Shown: positions 37,268 to 47,005, counted from the stretch's first letter. The stretch is 64,000 nucleotides of DNA from an uncultured Candidatus Saccharibacteria bacterium (GCA_965225085.1 CBDDBE010000003.1:1023-65022); one strand, 5' to 3'. The notes: a model not told the origin generated them from the sequence alone. A program made the numbers and translations.

Positions 37268-37552
37268 TTAGGGGGTGGTGGTCAGGGTGATGCTGGCGAC
37301 CCTGGAAGTGTGAACCTCGCTGCCACTCCTCCAGATGGTGAAACCGGCGCCACGCCTGACCCTCTCGCCGATCAGGGCTTGACCCACCGGGAACTTCGGC
37401 CCCTCGAGCGTCACGAGGCCAACCGGGCTGCGCCGTGGGCGGATCGTGTAGACAGATCCACTCTCGGTGCAGATGGTCGCCACGACCGTGGCGCCGGTTT
37501 CGCGGGGGTCGAAGCTCTCGACGGACGTAACCGTCACTGTTTCCATGAGCAT
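37268..37552 (-). CDS. hypothetical protein (94 aa), G+C-rich orphan
   Basis: Beta-rich. My hand count of 37281-37380 gives 64 G+C per 100 nt, against 52 for trxB 36301-36400. Confidence 0.45.
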   Translation of the reverse strand: MLMETVTVTSVESFDPRETGATVVATICTESGSVYTIRPRRSPVGLVTLEGPKFPVGQALIGERVRRGAGFTIWRSGSEVHTSRVASITLTTTP

Positions 37553-37645
37553 ACACTTCCTATTCGCGTGCTGCGGATGAAGAACTTCGATATTATATAC
37601 GTCTTATTGTGTTCTGTCAAGCATGAGGAGTACGTAGCGCGCAGA

Positions 37646-38335
37646 CTATTGTGTGCGTAGCTCACTAAATTTGTCTGGATTATCTGTAATAATGCCGTCA
37701 ATCCCCAGCCGTTTTAGCTGCTTGGCTTCCTCGAAGCTATTTACGGTGTAGGCATAGGTATAGAGGCCGCGGCGTTTCGCCAGCGATATGATGAACGGCG
37801 TGAGCGCCGAGATGTGGTAGAAGCCGACAGCACTGAGCTTGACGCTTCGGAGCCAGCGAAATCGTACTGGCCAGATTTGTAGGAGGCTGTAAGGAATTTT
37901 CTTGTCGAGTTTGTAGGCTGAGCGTAGTACCGCCGGCGAAAACGATGACATCAGGAAGTGGTCGTAGGGGTAGCCCTTTTTGACATAGGCACGAATGAGT
38001 TCGACAACCTGCGGGACGCAGTCGGGGCTTTTGATCTCAATGTTAATCTTGGCCTTCAGGCCGATAAATTCTATGGCCTCCTCGAGTGTTGGGATTGTCC
38101 CGCCGCGCTTCATTTCGAGCGACTGGAGCTCGGCAACGGGCGCTTTGTGGACTGCTAGCCGTTTGCTAGCAACGCGTCGTGTGGTGCGGTCGTGTACTAG
38201 GACAATATGTCCGTCCTGCGTTCGACGAACGTCAAATTCGACAAAATCAACGCCTACGGCGAGCCCAGCTGCGATAGCTGCCAGTGTGTTTTCGGGCGCC
38301 AGCCCAGCCGCGCCTCGATGTCCCATGATGAGCAT
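37646..38335 (-). CDS. glycerophosphodiester phosphodiesterase
   Basis: MGHRGAAGLAPENT, VEFDV, GIDGIITD. Confidence 0.85.
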   Translation of the reverse strand: MLIMGHRGAAGLAPENTLAAIAAGLAVGVDFVEFDVRRTQDGHIVLVHDRTTRRVASKRLAVHKAPVAELQSLEMKRGGTIPTLEEAIEFIGLKAKINIEIKSPDCVPQVVELIRAYVKKGYPYDHFLMSSFSPAVLRSAYKLDKKIPYSLLQIWPVRFRWLRSVKLSAVGFYHISALTPFIISLAKRRGLYTYAYTVNSFEEAKQLKRLGIDGIITDNPDKFSELRTQ

Positions 38336-38392
38336 AGTATCAGTGTATCACCTCGGCTGCTTCTTGGGGTGATGTGGTTTTGACAAGGTTTC

Positions 38393-38433
38393 AAAAAGCC
38401 CTCCCCGGCCGACGTATTGTCGGTGGGGAGGGC
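38393..38433 (-). terminator. intrinsic terminator after the upstream orphan
   Basis: GCCCTCCCC...GGGGAGGGC stem. The A-run 38393-38397 reads as a U-tract on the - strand. Confidence 0.6.
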
Positions 38434-38438
38434 GGGCG

Positions 38439-38750
38439 TCAGAAGTCGATCCCGGCGCGGCGGAACATTGCCTGGACCACGCCAACCTTGCTCATGTGCA
38501 CGAACATGTAGTGGGCGTGGCTGGTCAGGTCAAAGCTGATGGGCTCGCGACCCTCGACGAACAGCACTGCCGCGTAGAACGGAGCGCCGTCATTCTCTTC
38601 CCTCGGCTTCACGATCAGCAGCACCTTCACCGACCCGCAGCCAGTGGGATTGGCGACGGTGTACTCCGTCGAGCCGTAAGACTCGTCGCCGATCGTGACC
38701 TTGTCGCCATCAACCATGACTGGTTCGCGTATGATCGTAACGCCCTGCAT
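38439..38750 (-). CDS. hypothetical protein (103 aa), G+C-rich orphan
   Basis: ORF 38439..38846 trimmed to the ATG after the GAAGGAGA SD. No motif recognised. Confidence 0.5.
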   Translation of the reverse strand: MQGVTIIREPVMVDGDKVTIGDESYGSTEYTVANPTGCGSVKVLLIVKPREENDGAPFYAAVLFVEGREPISFDLTSHAHYMFVHMSKVGVVQAMFRRAGIDF

Positions 38751-38888
38751 GGCATTCTCCTTCTGAGAGAAGTTGCAACGTAATCTTGCTTGACGAAAAG
38801 CTACTATACTCCTGCTAGCGTTGGTCGTCAATAGATTTGTGCCCACATTGTGCTACACTAGTCGTGTTGGTAGTAATAAGGAAACAAT

Positions 38889-39419
38889 ATGGCAAATTTT
38901 AATCAAGTTCTTACCCCTGGTGACGTCGATGAGGGCATGCTCAACACCGTTGTCGAGATCTCGCAGGGTTCGATACTCAAAATAGAGTGGGATCGCAAGC
39001 GAGCGGCCTTCATGTTGGACCGCGTGGAGCCAGCGATTTTTGCAAAACCGTGTAACTATGGCTTTATTCCGCAGACACTCGACGAAGACGGCGATGAGCT
39101 GGACACGTTGATCGTGTGTGATGAGCCAATCCCGACCGGCGTGTGGTTGGAAGCTAAGATCCTAGGAGTCCTAAACTTCGAAGACGACGGCGAGGCCGAT
39201 CACAAGGTTGTGGTTGTGCCAGCAGATGATCGCAATACTGGTGATAGCATCAATACTCTGGACGACTTGGGCGAGCGCTGGAAGCAGCAGATCGAGCACC
39301 ACTTTACGCATTACAAGGATATGAAGAAGCCAGGAAGCACCAAGGTGCTGGGTTGGGGTGATGCTGAGGCTGCCAAAGCCATTGTGCGCGAGTGTATCGA
39401 GCGTTACAAACAGCAATAA
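38889..39419 (+). CDS. ppa: inorganic pyrophosphatase (family I)
   Basis: VVEISQGS, YGFIPQTLDEDGDELD, DHKVVVVP. Confidence 0.95.
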   Translation: MANFNQVLTPGDVDEGMLNTVVEISQGSILKIEWDRKRAAFMLDRVEPAIFAKPCNYGFIPQTLDEDGDELDTLIVCDEPIPTGVWLEAKILGVLNFEDDGEADHKVVVVPADDRNTGDSINTLDDLGERWKQQIEHHFTHYKDMKKPGSTKVLGWGDAEAAKAIVRECIERYKQQ

Positions 39420-39440
39420 GCATGTAAGCTTTGCAAAATG

Positions 39441-39475
39441 AAAACGCCGCATACTTGTGCGGTGTTTTGTTTTGG
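39441..39475 (+). terminator. intrinsic terminator of ppa
   Basis: AAAACGCCGCA-tacttg-TGCGGTGTTTT followed by GTTTT. Confidence 0.7.
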
Positions 39476-39516
39476 GCCACCACCGAAACGGTCGGGGCGG
39501 CCCAAAACGGCTGCGA

Positions 39517-39669
39517 TCAGTGGCGGGAGATGAACGCCAGAATGCCGAGCACCGTGATGCCTGCTCCGCATGCAAACATGACGGTCGTGAAGTACTCGGG
39601 CTTCTGATGCAGTATCCAGCCGATAATGATGAGCACGAGACCAACAGCTCCCCCAAGACGAAGAAGCAT
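39517..39669 (-). CDS. small two-helix membrane peptide (50 aa), below the track cut-off
   Basis: My translation: MLLRLGGAVGLVLIIIGWILHQKPEYFTTVMFACGAGITVLGILAFISRH. GAAGGAAAG lies upstream and a hairpin lies downstream. Confidence 0.35.
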   Translation of the reverse strand: MLLRLGGAVGLVLIIIGWILHQKPEYFTTVMFACGAGITVLGILAFISRH

Positions 39670-39773
39670 GTAAATCACCCCGCTTTCCTTCTCTGGCTAC
39701 AAGCCCTTCTGATGTGAACGAGCTTGCTGTTATTTATATAGTAACGCCGCACAAAATGCACGAGCAATGCTAG

Positions 39774-39802
39774 TTGCTGCCGGGCAATCAGTTGTATACA
39801 AT
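39774..39802 (+). promoter_or_regulatory. candidate promoter of gap
   Basis: TTGCTG - 17 nt - TACAAT, about 45 nt upstream of ATG 39846. Sequence match only. Confidence 0.35.
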
Positions 39803-39845
39803 GAAGCCTAGAAATACGTACAAAAAGTGGTGGAGGGCGCACACT

Positions 39846-40862
39846 ATGAAGACGAAGATTGCTATTAATGGGTTCGGGCGTATCGGGCGCACAGCGTTCA
39901 AGATCGCTTTTGAGCGAAGTGATTTGGAGATAGTAGCGGTCAACGACCTGACCGATACAAAGACGTTGGCGCATCTACTTAAACATGATTCATCGTATGG
40001 TGCCTACGGCCATGAGGTGAGTTATGACGAGACCGGAATTATTGTAGACGGGCAGCATATCAAAGTCCTGGCCGAGAAAGATCCGGCCAACTTGCCTTGG
40101 GGCGCGCATGGCATCGACGTCGTCATCGAATCGACGGGGTTTTTCGTAAAGCCAGAGTTGGCCATGGCACATGTCGAGAAAGCTGGCGCCAAGAAAGTGG
40201 TGCTGAGTGCACCAGCTAAGGGTGACGGCGCGAACACCATCGTACTAGGCGTTAACGAAGACACTCTGAAGGATGCGGGCGAGGTCATCAGCAACGCCAG
40301 CTGCACCACTAACTGTATTACTCCGGTTGCGGCGGTGATCGAGAACGCCTTTGGCATCGAGAAAGCTATGATGACTACCGTGCACAGCTATACGGCCAGC
40401 CAGCGCTTGCAGGATGCCCCAGCAAAGGACCTGCGTGAAGCGCGCGCAGCAGCCGAAAATATCGTCCCCACGACAACAGGCGCATCGATCGCCGCAGCCA
40501 AGGCTTTGCCCGCGCTCGAGGGCATTTTTGGCGGCCTGAGCGTCCGCGTTCCCACCCCAGTCGTCAGCATGAGCGACTTTGTGATTATTACCAAGCGCGA
40601 TGTGACGGTCGAGGAGGTCAATGATGTCTTCCGCAAGGCCGCAAAGGAGCCGTATTACCAGGGCATCCTGGACGTAACCGACGAACAGCTGGTCAGCAGC
40701 GACTTCAAAGGCAATAGCCACTCGGCTATTGTTGATCTACCGCTCACGGCTGTTATCGGTGGGAACATGCTAAAAGTTGTCGCGTGGTATGACAACGAAT
40801 GGGGTTATAGCAATCGCCTGGTCGAGTTGGTCGCCGACATTGGCAAGCAATTGCACGCGTGA
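39846..40862 (+). CDS. gap: type I glyceraldehyde-3-phosphate dehydrogenase
   Basis: Trimmed to MKTKIAINGFGRIGR. Active site SNASCTTNC; also WYDNEWGYS. Confidence 0.95.
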   Translation: MKTKIAINGFGRIGRTAFKIAFERSDLEIVAVNDLTDTKTLAHLLKHDSSYGAYGHEVSYDETGIIVDGQHIKVLAEKDPANLPWGAHGIDVVIESTGFFVKPELAMAHVEKAGAKKVVLSAPAKGDGANTIVLGVNEDTLKDAGEVISNASCTTNCITPVAAVIENAFGIEKAMMTTVHSYTASQRLQDAPAKDLREARAAAENIVPTTTGASIAAAKALPALEGIFGGLSVRVPTPVVSMSDFVIITKRDVTVEEVNDVFRKAAKEPYYQGILDVTDEQLVSSDFKGNSHSAIVDLPLTAVIGGNMLKVVAWYDNEWGYSNRLVELVADIGKQLHA

Positions 40863-41311
40863 TGAAAGTGTTTATTGGCGCCGACCATGCGGGGTTCCAG
40901 ATGAAGGCTACTGTGCTCGCGCATTTGAGCAAGGCTGGTTATGACGTCGAGGACGATGGGGATAAGCAGCTGGATCCAGCAGATGACTATCCGCAATTTG
41001 CGTATACGGTCACAACGAAGGTTTTAGGCGATGACGATAACGATGCGCGTGGTATATTGCTGTGCGGCAGCGGCCAAGGAATGTGCATCGCGGCAAATCG
41101 CGTGCGGGGTATTCGCGCGGCGTTGTGCTGGAACGCCGAGACGGCTCGCGAGACCCGCAACGACAACGACAGTAATGTGTTGTGTGTGCCAGCGCGGTTC
41201 TTGAGCAATGACGAAGCACTGGCGGTTATCGATACCTGGCTCGAGACGCCTTTTAGCCAAGCTACGCGCCATGTGCGGCGTATCGGCGAGATTGAGGAGC
41301 TGTACGGCTGA
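40859..41311 (+). CDS. rpiB: ribose-5-phosphate isomerase B
   Basis: GADHAGF, LLCGSGQGMCIAANR. Overlaps gap by 4 nt. Confidence 0.9.
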   Translation: MMKVFIGADHAGFQMKATVLAHLSKAGYDVEDDGDKQLDPADDYPQFAYTVTTKVLGDDDNDARGILLCGSGQGMCIAANRVRGIRAALCWNAETARETRNDNDSNVLCVPARFLSNDEALAVIDTWLETPFSQATRHVRRIGEIEELYG

Positions 41312-41943
41312 TGCCTGTTATTTGCCCAACTGTTACCGCTACGAATCCGCACGAATATCGCGAACAAATGGCACGAATTGAGCCATTTGCGCCGCGCGTT
41401 CATATCGATTTTGGTGACGGCGATTTTACGACCAAGATGGTTGGCATCGTGCAGGCATATTGGCCGGAACACATGATCGCCGACCTGCACGTGATGTACC
41501 GCCACCCGTATGCCCAGCTCGAGACGATTATTAGCCTCAGGCCAAACATGGTTATTATTCATGCCGAATCAGAGGATGACAGCTTGGCGATGTTGCTGGA
41601 GCTGCAAGCGGTTGGCATCAAAGCTGGCCTTGCGCTACTGCAGTCCTCGCAACCCGAAAAATACGCTAACTTGATTTCGCATGCCGACCACGTGCTACTC
41701 TTTGGCGGCAATCTGGGGCACCAAGGCGGCACGGCTGATATGTCGGTGCTCCGGAAGGTTGGCGATATCCGCGCCATCAACCCGACTATCGAGCTGGGTT
41801 GGGACGGCGGCATCACTGCCGAAAACGCGCCGCTACTGGTAGAGGCAGGAATCGAAGTGCTGAATGTCGGTGGATTTATCCAACACGCTGACGATCCAAA
41901 AGCCGCATATGAACAGATCGCAAAACCGCTCGCAATTATATAA
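41311..41943 (+). CDS. divergent ribulose-phosphate 3-epimerase-like TIM-barrel protein
   Basis: Size and context fit Rpe. HIDFGDGDF replaces the usual H.DVMDG.FVPN, and G.DGGI is present. Assignment is tentative. Confidence 0.55.
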   Translation: MPVICPTVTATNPHEYREQMARIEPFAPRVHIDFGDGDFTTKMVGIVQAYWPEHMIADLHVMYRHPYAQLETIISLRPNMVIIHAESEDDSLAMLLELQAVGIKAGLALLQSSQPEKYANLISHADHVLLFGGNLGHQGGTADMSVLRKVGDIRAINPTIELGWDGGITAENAPLLVEAGIEVLNVGGFIQHADDPKAAYEQIAKPLAII

Positions 41944-41972
41944 GTTTGATTTAACCCGACGAATTTGAGAGA

Positions 41973-42006
41973 GCCTGGCTGCACGACCACAATCGTGCAG
42001 CCAGGC
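41973..42006. terminator. bidirectional stem-loop
   Basis: GCCTGGCTGCACGA-ccacaa-TCGTGCAGCCAGGC; perfect 14 bp. Confidence 0.65.
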
Positions 42007-42011
42007 CAGTA

Positions 42012-42314
42012 TTACCGTGCGCGACGTAGCTCGAGGTACGGCCCAGTACTGGCTGGCTTGGCCTCTAGGGGGAGGCCATAGCCGGTGACGTGGTGGCTAA
42101 TGGCGCCATCGTATAGGGCGAACGTAACTGGAAGGGCGACGCCTCTCAGCGTGGCGACACGGACGGCTCGACCCTGGAGATCATGCAGGACAGTAGCGTC
42201 AGGCAGCTCCCAAAGCTCGCTGCTTGTAATTCTGAGGATCCATCCTCCGGTCGGTGTTTGGTGGGGCATGTAGGCGTGATACTGATCGGTGGTTGCAGTT
42301 TCGCGCACGTGCAT
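42012..42314 (-). CDS. hypothetical protein (100 aa), orphan inside the sugar-phosphate cluster
   Basis: Opposite strand to all neighbours; no motif recognised. Confidence 0.45.
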   Translation of the reverse strand: MHVRETATTDQYHAYMPHQTPTGGWILRITSSELWELPDATVLHDLQGRAVRVATLRGVALPVTFALYDGAISHHVTGYGLPLEAKPASTGPYLELRRAR

Positions 42315-42451
42315 GCTTTACTCCCTAGTTCGTCGGGTACAATGGGCAGCTAGGTCGCGCCCGATTGATGTCCTCATGGTCGCCTAGATATTGAAGGTTG
42401 TCAATCTTGGGCTTTCAGTCTGCAAGCATGAGCCGTATAATGAATATAAAT

Positions 42452-43306
42452 ATGGCCAGTTACACCATTCCCCAGTTGGAGCAAAAAGCCAATATCATCC
42501 GCCAGGATATTATCCGTATGCTAGAGCACGCCGGCAGCGGTCATTCGGCTGGCCCGCTTGACCTGACCGACATTTTTACGGCGCTGTATTTTGCAATCAT
42601 GAAACACGATCCCAAGGATCCTGACTGGCAGGAGCGCGATATTCTCATCCTCAGCAATGGCCACACCGTGCCGGTGCGATATGCGACAATGGCCGAAGCA
42701 GGATATTTTGACAAGAAAGAACTGATGACCCTGCGCCGATATGGCAGTAGACTCCAGGGTCACCCAGAACGGTTGCGACTGCCCGGGCTCGAGACAACGT
42801 CAGGCCCATTAGGCTCTGGTCTGAGCCAGGCCGCCGGGATGGCACGTGCACTTCAGATGGACAGCAACCACACCCGTTGGGTGTACTGCGTGATGGGCGA
42901 TGGTGAGCTGGATGAAGGCAATATCTGGGAAGCTGCCATGTTCGCGGGTAAGTATAAGTTACAGAACCTGATTGGCATTGTTGATCGCAATAACATCCAG
43001 ATTGACGGCAACACTGAAAACGTTATGCCGCTGGAAGACCTGCGTGCAAAGTGGGAGGCGTTTGGCTGGCATGCGCTGGAGATCGATGGGCACAATATCG
43101 AGTCTATCATTGACGCGTGCAGCATGGCGCGTGCAATTGTCGAGAAGCCAGTTGTGATTATCGCACATACTATCCCCGGGAAGGGCGTGCCATTTATGGA
43201 ATACGATTATCATTGGCACGGTGCACCGCCAAATTCCGAGCAGGCTCGCGAGGCGCTGCACAAGCTTCGGACGCTAGGTGGCAAGATTAGGAGCGAGCAT
43301 GAGTAA
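42452..43306 (+). CDS. transketolase, N-terminal (TPP-binding) subunit
   Basis: GSGHSAGPL, LSNGH, MGDGELDEGNIWEA. The start could also be 42398 or 42428. Confidence 0.9.
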   Translation: MASYTIPQLEQKANIIRQDIIRMLEHAGSGHSAGPLDLTDIFTALYFAIMKHDPKDPDWQERDILILSNGHTVPVRYATMAEAGYFDKKELMTLRRYGSRLQGHPERLRLPGLETTSGPLGSGLSQAAGMARALQMDSNHTRWVYCVMGDGELDEGNIWEAAMFAGKYKLQNLIGIVDRNNIQIDGNTENVMPLEDLRAKWEAFGWHALEIDGHNIESIIDACSMARAIVEKPVVIIAHTIPGKGVPFMEYDYHWHGAPPNSEQAREALHKLRTLGGKIRSEHE

Positions 43307-44288
43307 CATGAATATGCACTTAGTGTCCAATATCGGAGATGAAGACATCAAGCGCGAGCCGATTCGCGCTGGATTTGGGCGGGGGCTAGCCGAGGCTGGG
43401 CGACGCGACGAACACGTCGTGGCACTGTGCGCCGACCTGACAGACTCAACCAAGATGGGCGAGTTTGCCAAGACCTTCCCCGAACGCTTTACCCAGGTGG
43501 GCATCGGCGAGCAGAACCTTGTAACGCTCGGCGCTGGCATGGCAGCCATGGGCAAGATTCCCTTCGTAAGCAGCTACGCAGCATTTAGCCCGGGCCGCAA
43601 CTGGGAACAGATACGCACAACTATCGCGCTGAACGACCGCCCGGTCAAGATAATCGGCTCGCATGCTGGCGTCTCTGTTGGCCCTGACGGCGCGACCCAT
43701 CAGATGCTCGAGGATATCGCCATTATGCGCGTCATGCCGAACATGATTGTCGTGGCACCTGGTGATAGTGTCGAAGCCGAGAAGGCTACGTTGGCGCTCG
43801 CCACGAATGGCAAGCCTAGCTACATGCGCCTAGCTCGCGAAGGAACGCCCGTTTTCACTACGGCCGATACGCCATTCGAGCTTGGCCGCGCCTATGTGTT
43901 GCGCGCTGGAACTGATATTACACTTATTGGCACTGGCACTATGACCTACCAATGCCTCGTGGCCGCCAAAATGTTGGCCGGCGATGGCATCGAAGCCGAA
44001 GTGTTGCACGTACCGACAGTCAAGCCACTAGATACCAAGACTATTCTGGCAAGCGCTAAAAAAACCGGTCTGGTTGTGACCGCTGAGGAGGCTCAGGCCG
44101 CTGGAGGATTGGGCGGCGCTGTCGCGGAACTATTGAGCGAGCGATTACCTACCCCTGTTCGTCGGATAGGTATGAAGGATCGTTTTGGTGAATCGGGCGA
44201 ACCTGACCAGCTGTTGAGTGTCTTTGGCCTCACTGGTATGCACATTGCCATGCATGCTCATGAGGTGCTCGGTATGTACCGCGCATAG
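43299..44288 (+). CDS. transketolase, C-terminal (pyrimidine-binding) subunit
   Basis: FPERFTQVGIGEQN, GPDGATHQMLEDIA. Its ATG overlaps the N-subunit stop by 8 nt. Confidence 0.9.
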   Translation: MSNMNMHLVSNIGDEDIKREPIRAGFGRGLAEAGRRDEHVVALCADLTDSTKMGEFAKTFPERFTQVGIGEQNLVTLGAGMAAMGKIPFVSSYAAFSPGRNWEQIRTTIALNDRPVKIIGSHAGVSVGPDGATHQMLEDIAIMRVMPNMIVVAPGDSVEAEKATLALATNGKPSYMRLAREGTPVFTTADTPFELGRAYVLRAGTDITLIGTGTMTYQCLVAAKMLAGDGIEAEVLHVPTVKPLDTKTILASAKKTGLVVTAEEAQAAGGLGGAVAELLSERLPTPVRRIGMKDRFGESGEPDQLLSVFGLTGMHIAMHAHEVLGMYRA

Positions 44289-44329
44289 CGAGTTTTTTGG
44301 CGTTATCCTACGAGGCATCGGGAGGATCC

Positions 44330-44623
44330 ATGACCAGAAAAGACAATTTGGCGTTTACCTTTAGGGCGACGAGCCGGGGGCTACTACTAGAGGTGGCGTA
44401 CCAACGGGCAGGCAACTCGCCTTGGCACAGGGACACCCCAATCCTGAAGGTCATCGATCGGGTTGAGGCGGCAATCTGCCGAGTGGCTGCAGTCCAACGT
44501 CTAGAAAGCGGGTTCACACAGTGGCATGTGTTTCGGGCATTTATCGTCATCAAGCCCGATGCAGACATCGAAGCCGCAAAGGCCAATGTAGAGAGGGCGG
44601 TCCGTGCTGCCCTTGCGGCGTGA
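44330..44623 (+). CDS. hypothetical protein (97 aa), orphan inside the sugar-phosphate cluster
   Basis: ATG 44330 is preceded by GGGAGGA; the track's TTG 44297 is an alternative start. A hairpin follows. Confidence 0.45.
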   Translation: MTRKDNLAFTFRATSRGLLLEVAYQRAGNSPWHRDTPILKVIDRVEAAICRVAAVQRLESGFTQWHVFRAFIVIKPDADIEAAKANVERAVRAALAA

Positions 44624-44629
44624 CACCTG

Positions 44630-44660
44630 ATGGGCGATATGATTAACGCATATCGCCCAT
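44630..44660 (+). terminator. stem-loop after the orphan
   Basis: ATGGGCGATATG-attaacg-CATATCGCCCAT; perfect 12 bp. Confidence 0.55.
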
Positions 44661-44798
44661 TCGAGAAATAAAAGTTATCCCGAGCACATCGCAGGAGAGC
44701 TCCCGGCTCGGGAGTTGCTATATGAGCGAGCTTTTGGCACCCTGGACATACCGGCACAAGCATAAGTGCTATACTGAACATAAAACAGGAACCTCCAT

Positions 44799-45710
44799 AT
44801 GGCACTTACAATTCAACAGATTCGCGATAACTGTATCCGCGCTCGGCACCTCATGCAGCGTTCACGTCAGCAGCATTTTGCAGTGGGTGCGTTCAATATC
44901 GACAACCAAGAAACCTTGATTGCAGTCGTCAAGGCAGCTCAGGCCAAGCAAGCACCGGTGCTTGTAGAGGTTAGCGATGGCGAGGTCAAGGCGATCGGCC
45001 TGGACAACATCCGCGACATGGTCGACAATTACCGCTACGAATACGGTGTCGAGATGTTTATCAACCTCGACCACAGCCCCAGCGTGGAGGCGGCCAAACG
45101 CGGCATTGATGCCGGGTTCGAATTTATACATATCGATATTTCGCAGGCCAATCACGATGCGGGCCGCGACGAGATTATAAAAGGCACGAAGGAAGTCGTA
45201 GAGTATGCGCGGTTTACCGGGGCGCTGGTGGAAGCTGAGGAGCGATACTTTATGGGTTCGTCCAACCTGCACACCGAAACGATCGATTACGAAGAGGTCA
45301 AAAAGTACGAGACAAAGCCGAGCGAAGCAGCCGACTTTGTGGCACAGACAGGCATTGATACGCTGGCGGTCCAAATTGGAAACCTTCACGGCCTGTACCC
45401 GGTCCCGAAGGAGCTGAACCTCGAGCTTTTGCAACAGATTCGAGATGCAGTCGAATGTAATATCAGCCTGCATGGTGGCAGCGGCACGCCTGGGCATTAT
45501 TTCGAAGAGGCGGCACGCATAGGGGTCAGCAAGGTGAACATCAACAGCGATATGCGCTACGCCTTTCGCAAAACGCTCGAGAAGACTTTGGCCGAGCACC
45601 CTGACGAGTACGCTGTGGTAAAGCTTATACCTGAGGTGTATGGGGCGGTCCAAAAGGTGGTCGAGTCCAAGATCGATACCTTCGCGTCAGCCGGCAAGGC
45701 AGTGGTGTAA
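44799..45710 (+). CDS. fba: class II fructose-bisphosphate aldolase
   Basis: AVGAFN, NLDHS, SLHGGSGTP. Confidence 0.9.
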   Translation: MALTIQQIRDNCIRARHLMQRSRQQHFAVGAFNIDNQETLIAVVKAAQAKQAPVLVEVSDGEVKAIGLDNIRDMVDNYRYEYGVEMFINLDHSPSVEAAKRGIDAGFEFIHIDISQANHDAGRDEIIKGTKEVVEYARFTGALVEAEERYFMGSSNLHTETIDYEEVKKYETKPSEAADFVAQTGIDTLAVQIGNLHGLYPVPKELNLELLQQIRDAVECNISLHGGSGTPGHYFEEAARIGVSKVNINSDMRYAFRKTLEKTLAEHPDEYAVVKLIPEVYGAVQKVVESKIDTFASAGKAVV

Positions 45711-46675
45711 TGGCGCACAAATTGCGCATGCTGGCAATTGGCACTGCGACCCAGGATGTGTTTTTGCGTAGCCAAGCGTTAAAGCCACACCGTCAGGACG
45801 GAAAATACTACGAGCAATTTCTGCTGGGCGCCAAGCTGGCAGTCGACGAGGTGACATTTGCAACTGGCGGTAACGCAATGAACGCTGCGGTGACATTTGC
45901 ACGGCAAGGTCTGGAGAGCGAATTTATGGGAATCCTCGGGACGGAGCCTGCGGGCCAGGCAGTTATGAACGCCCTGGATATCGAAGGGATCGGCGCGCAT
46001 CATGTCGTGCAGGACGATCGTTTTCAGACCAGCTACTCAACCGTGTTGCTTGCCTCTAACGGCGAACGAACCATCTTGAATTACCACGGTACTCACGTGC
46101 ATGATTCTGGCGCGCCGCTCGATCTTGACGTTGTAGCGCAGGCTGATTGGCTATATCTGTCGTCGGTCGGGTCTATGCCGCTTTTGGAAAAATTGGTGAG
46201 CATCGCTGCCAAGAACGGCGTACAAGTTGCCCTCAATCCATCTGGCGCTGAACTCGCCGAAGCCGACAAGCTGCGTACATTGCTGGAGGACGTCGCGGTA
46301 TTGCTGGTCAATAAGGACGAGATGAAGCAAATTGTGGAGGGTAATACGCTGGAGGAGTTGGTGCGGCACGGTACCAACTTTGTGCGGACGGTGGTCGTGT
46401 CTGACGGGCCAAACGGTGTAATGGCTACCGATGGTGTCCAGATCATGCAGGCTGGCGTGTACGAGGACGTGCCGGTTGTTGACCGCACGGGTGCAGGTGA
46501 TGCATTTGGGTCGGCCTTTGTTGCCTGGCATGCAATGGGTAAGGGGCTGGACGAAACGTTAACCTTCGCCAGCGCAAATGCGACTTCGGTCGTAACCAAA
46601 GTTGGCGCGACAGCCGGGATCTTGCATAGCCATGCCCATTTGCACCACATGCCGCTCAAAGTGAAGAAATTTTAA
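45710..46675 (+). CDS. PfkB-family carbohydrate kinase
   Basis: GGNAMNAAV and the signature DRTGAGDAFGSAF. Its start abuts the fba stop. Confidence 0.8.
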   Translation: MAHKLRMLAIGTATQDVFLRSQALKPHRQDGKYYEQFLLGAKLAVDEVTFATGGNAMNAAVTFARQGLESEFMGILGTEPAGQAVMNALDIEGIGAHHVVQDDRFQTSYSTVLLASNGERTILNYHGTHVHDSGAPLDLDVVAQADWLYLSSVGSMPLLEKLVSIAAKNGVQVALNPSGAELAEADKLRTLLEDVAVLLVNKDEMKQIVEGNTLEELVRHGTNFVRTVVVSDGPNGVMATDGVQIMQAGVYEDVPVVDRTGAGDAFGSAFVAWHAMGKGLDETLTFASANATSVVTKVGATAGILHSHAHLHHMPLKVKKF

Positions 46676-46725
46676 GGCATAATTGTATTTTAAAAAGCGC
46701 CCTAGGGCGTGAGTGGGTTGTGACT

Positions 46726-46753
46726 AGCCAGGGGCGGTATCTCGCCCCTGGCT
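46726..46753. terminator. stem-loop between convergent genes
   Basis: AGCCAGGGGCG-gtatct-CGCCCCTGGCT; perfect 11 bp; followed by TTAT. Confidence 0.65.
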
Positions 46754-46777
46754 TTATGCGGACTTGGATGGTCGCGA

Positions 46778-47005
46778 TCAGTGATCGTTGGGGGCGGCGT
46801 AGAACATAATGCGACCCTCGGCCACGAAAAACAGGCTCCTCCAAGCCTCTACGCCAGGTATGGGCATCAGCGTAGGTGTACCGCCCTGGCTAAACAAGGC
46901 CACAAGTGTTTCTCCTCCGTTGGCCTTTTTCAGTTGGCCCATGAGGTCGAGAAGGCTTACTTCATCGTCATACAGGCGACGAAGACCGTCGGTGATATCG
47001 GCCAT
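46778..47005 (-). CDS. hypothetical protein (75 aa)
   Basis: ORF trimmed to MADITDGLRRL after the AAGGAGA SD. No motif recognised. Confidence 0.5.
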   Translation of the reverse strand: MADITDGLRRLYDDEVSLLDLMGQLKKANGGETLVALFSQGGTPTLMPIPGVEAWRSLFFVAEGRIMFYAAPNDH

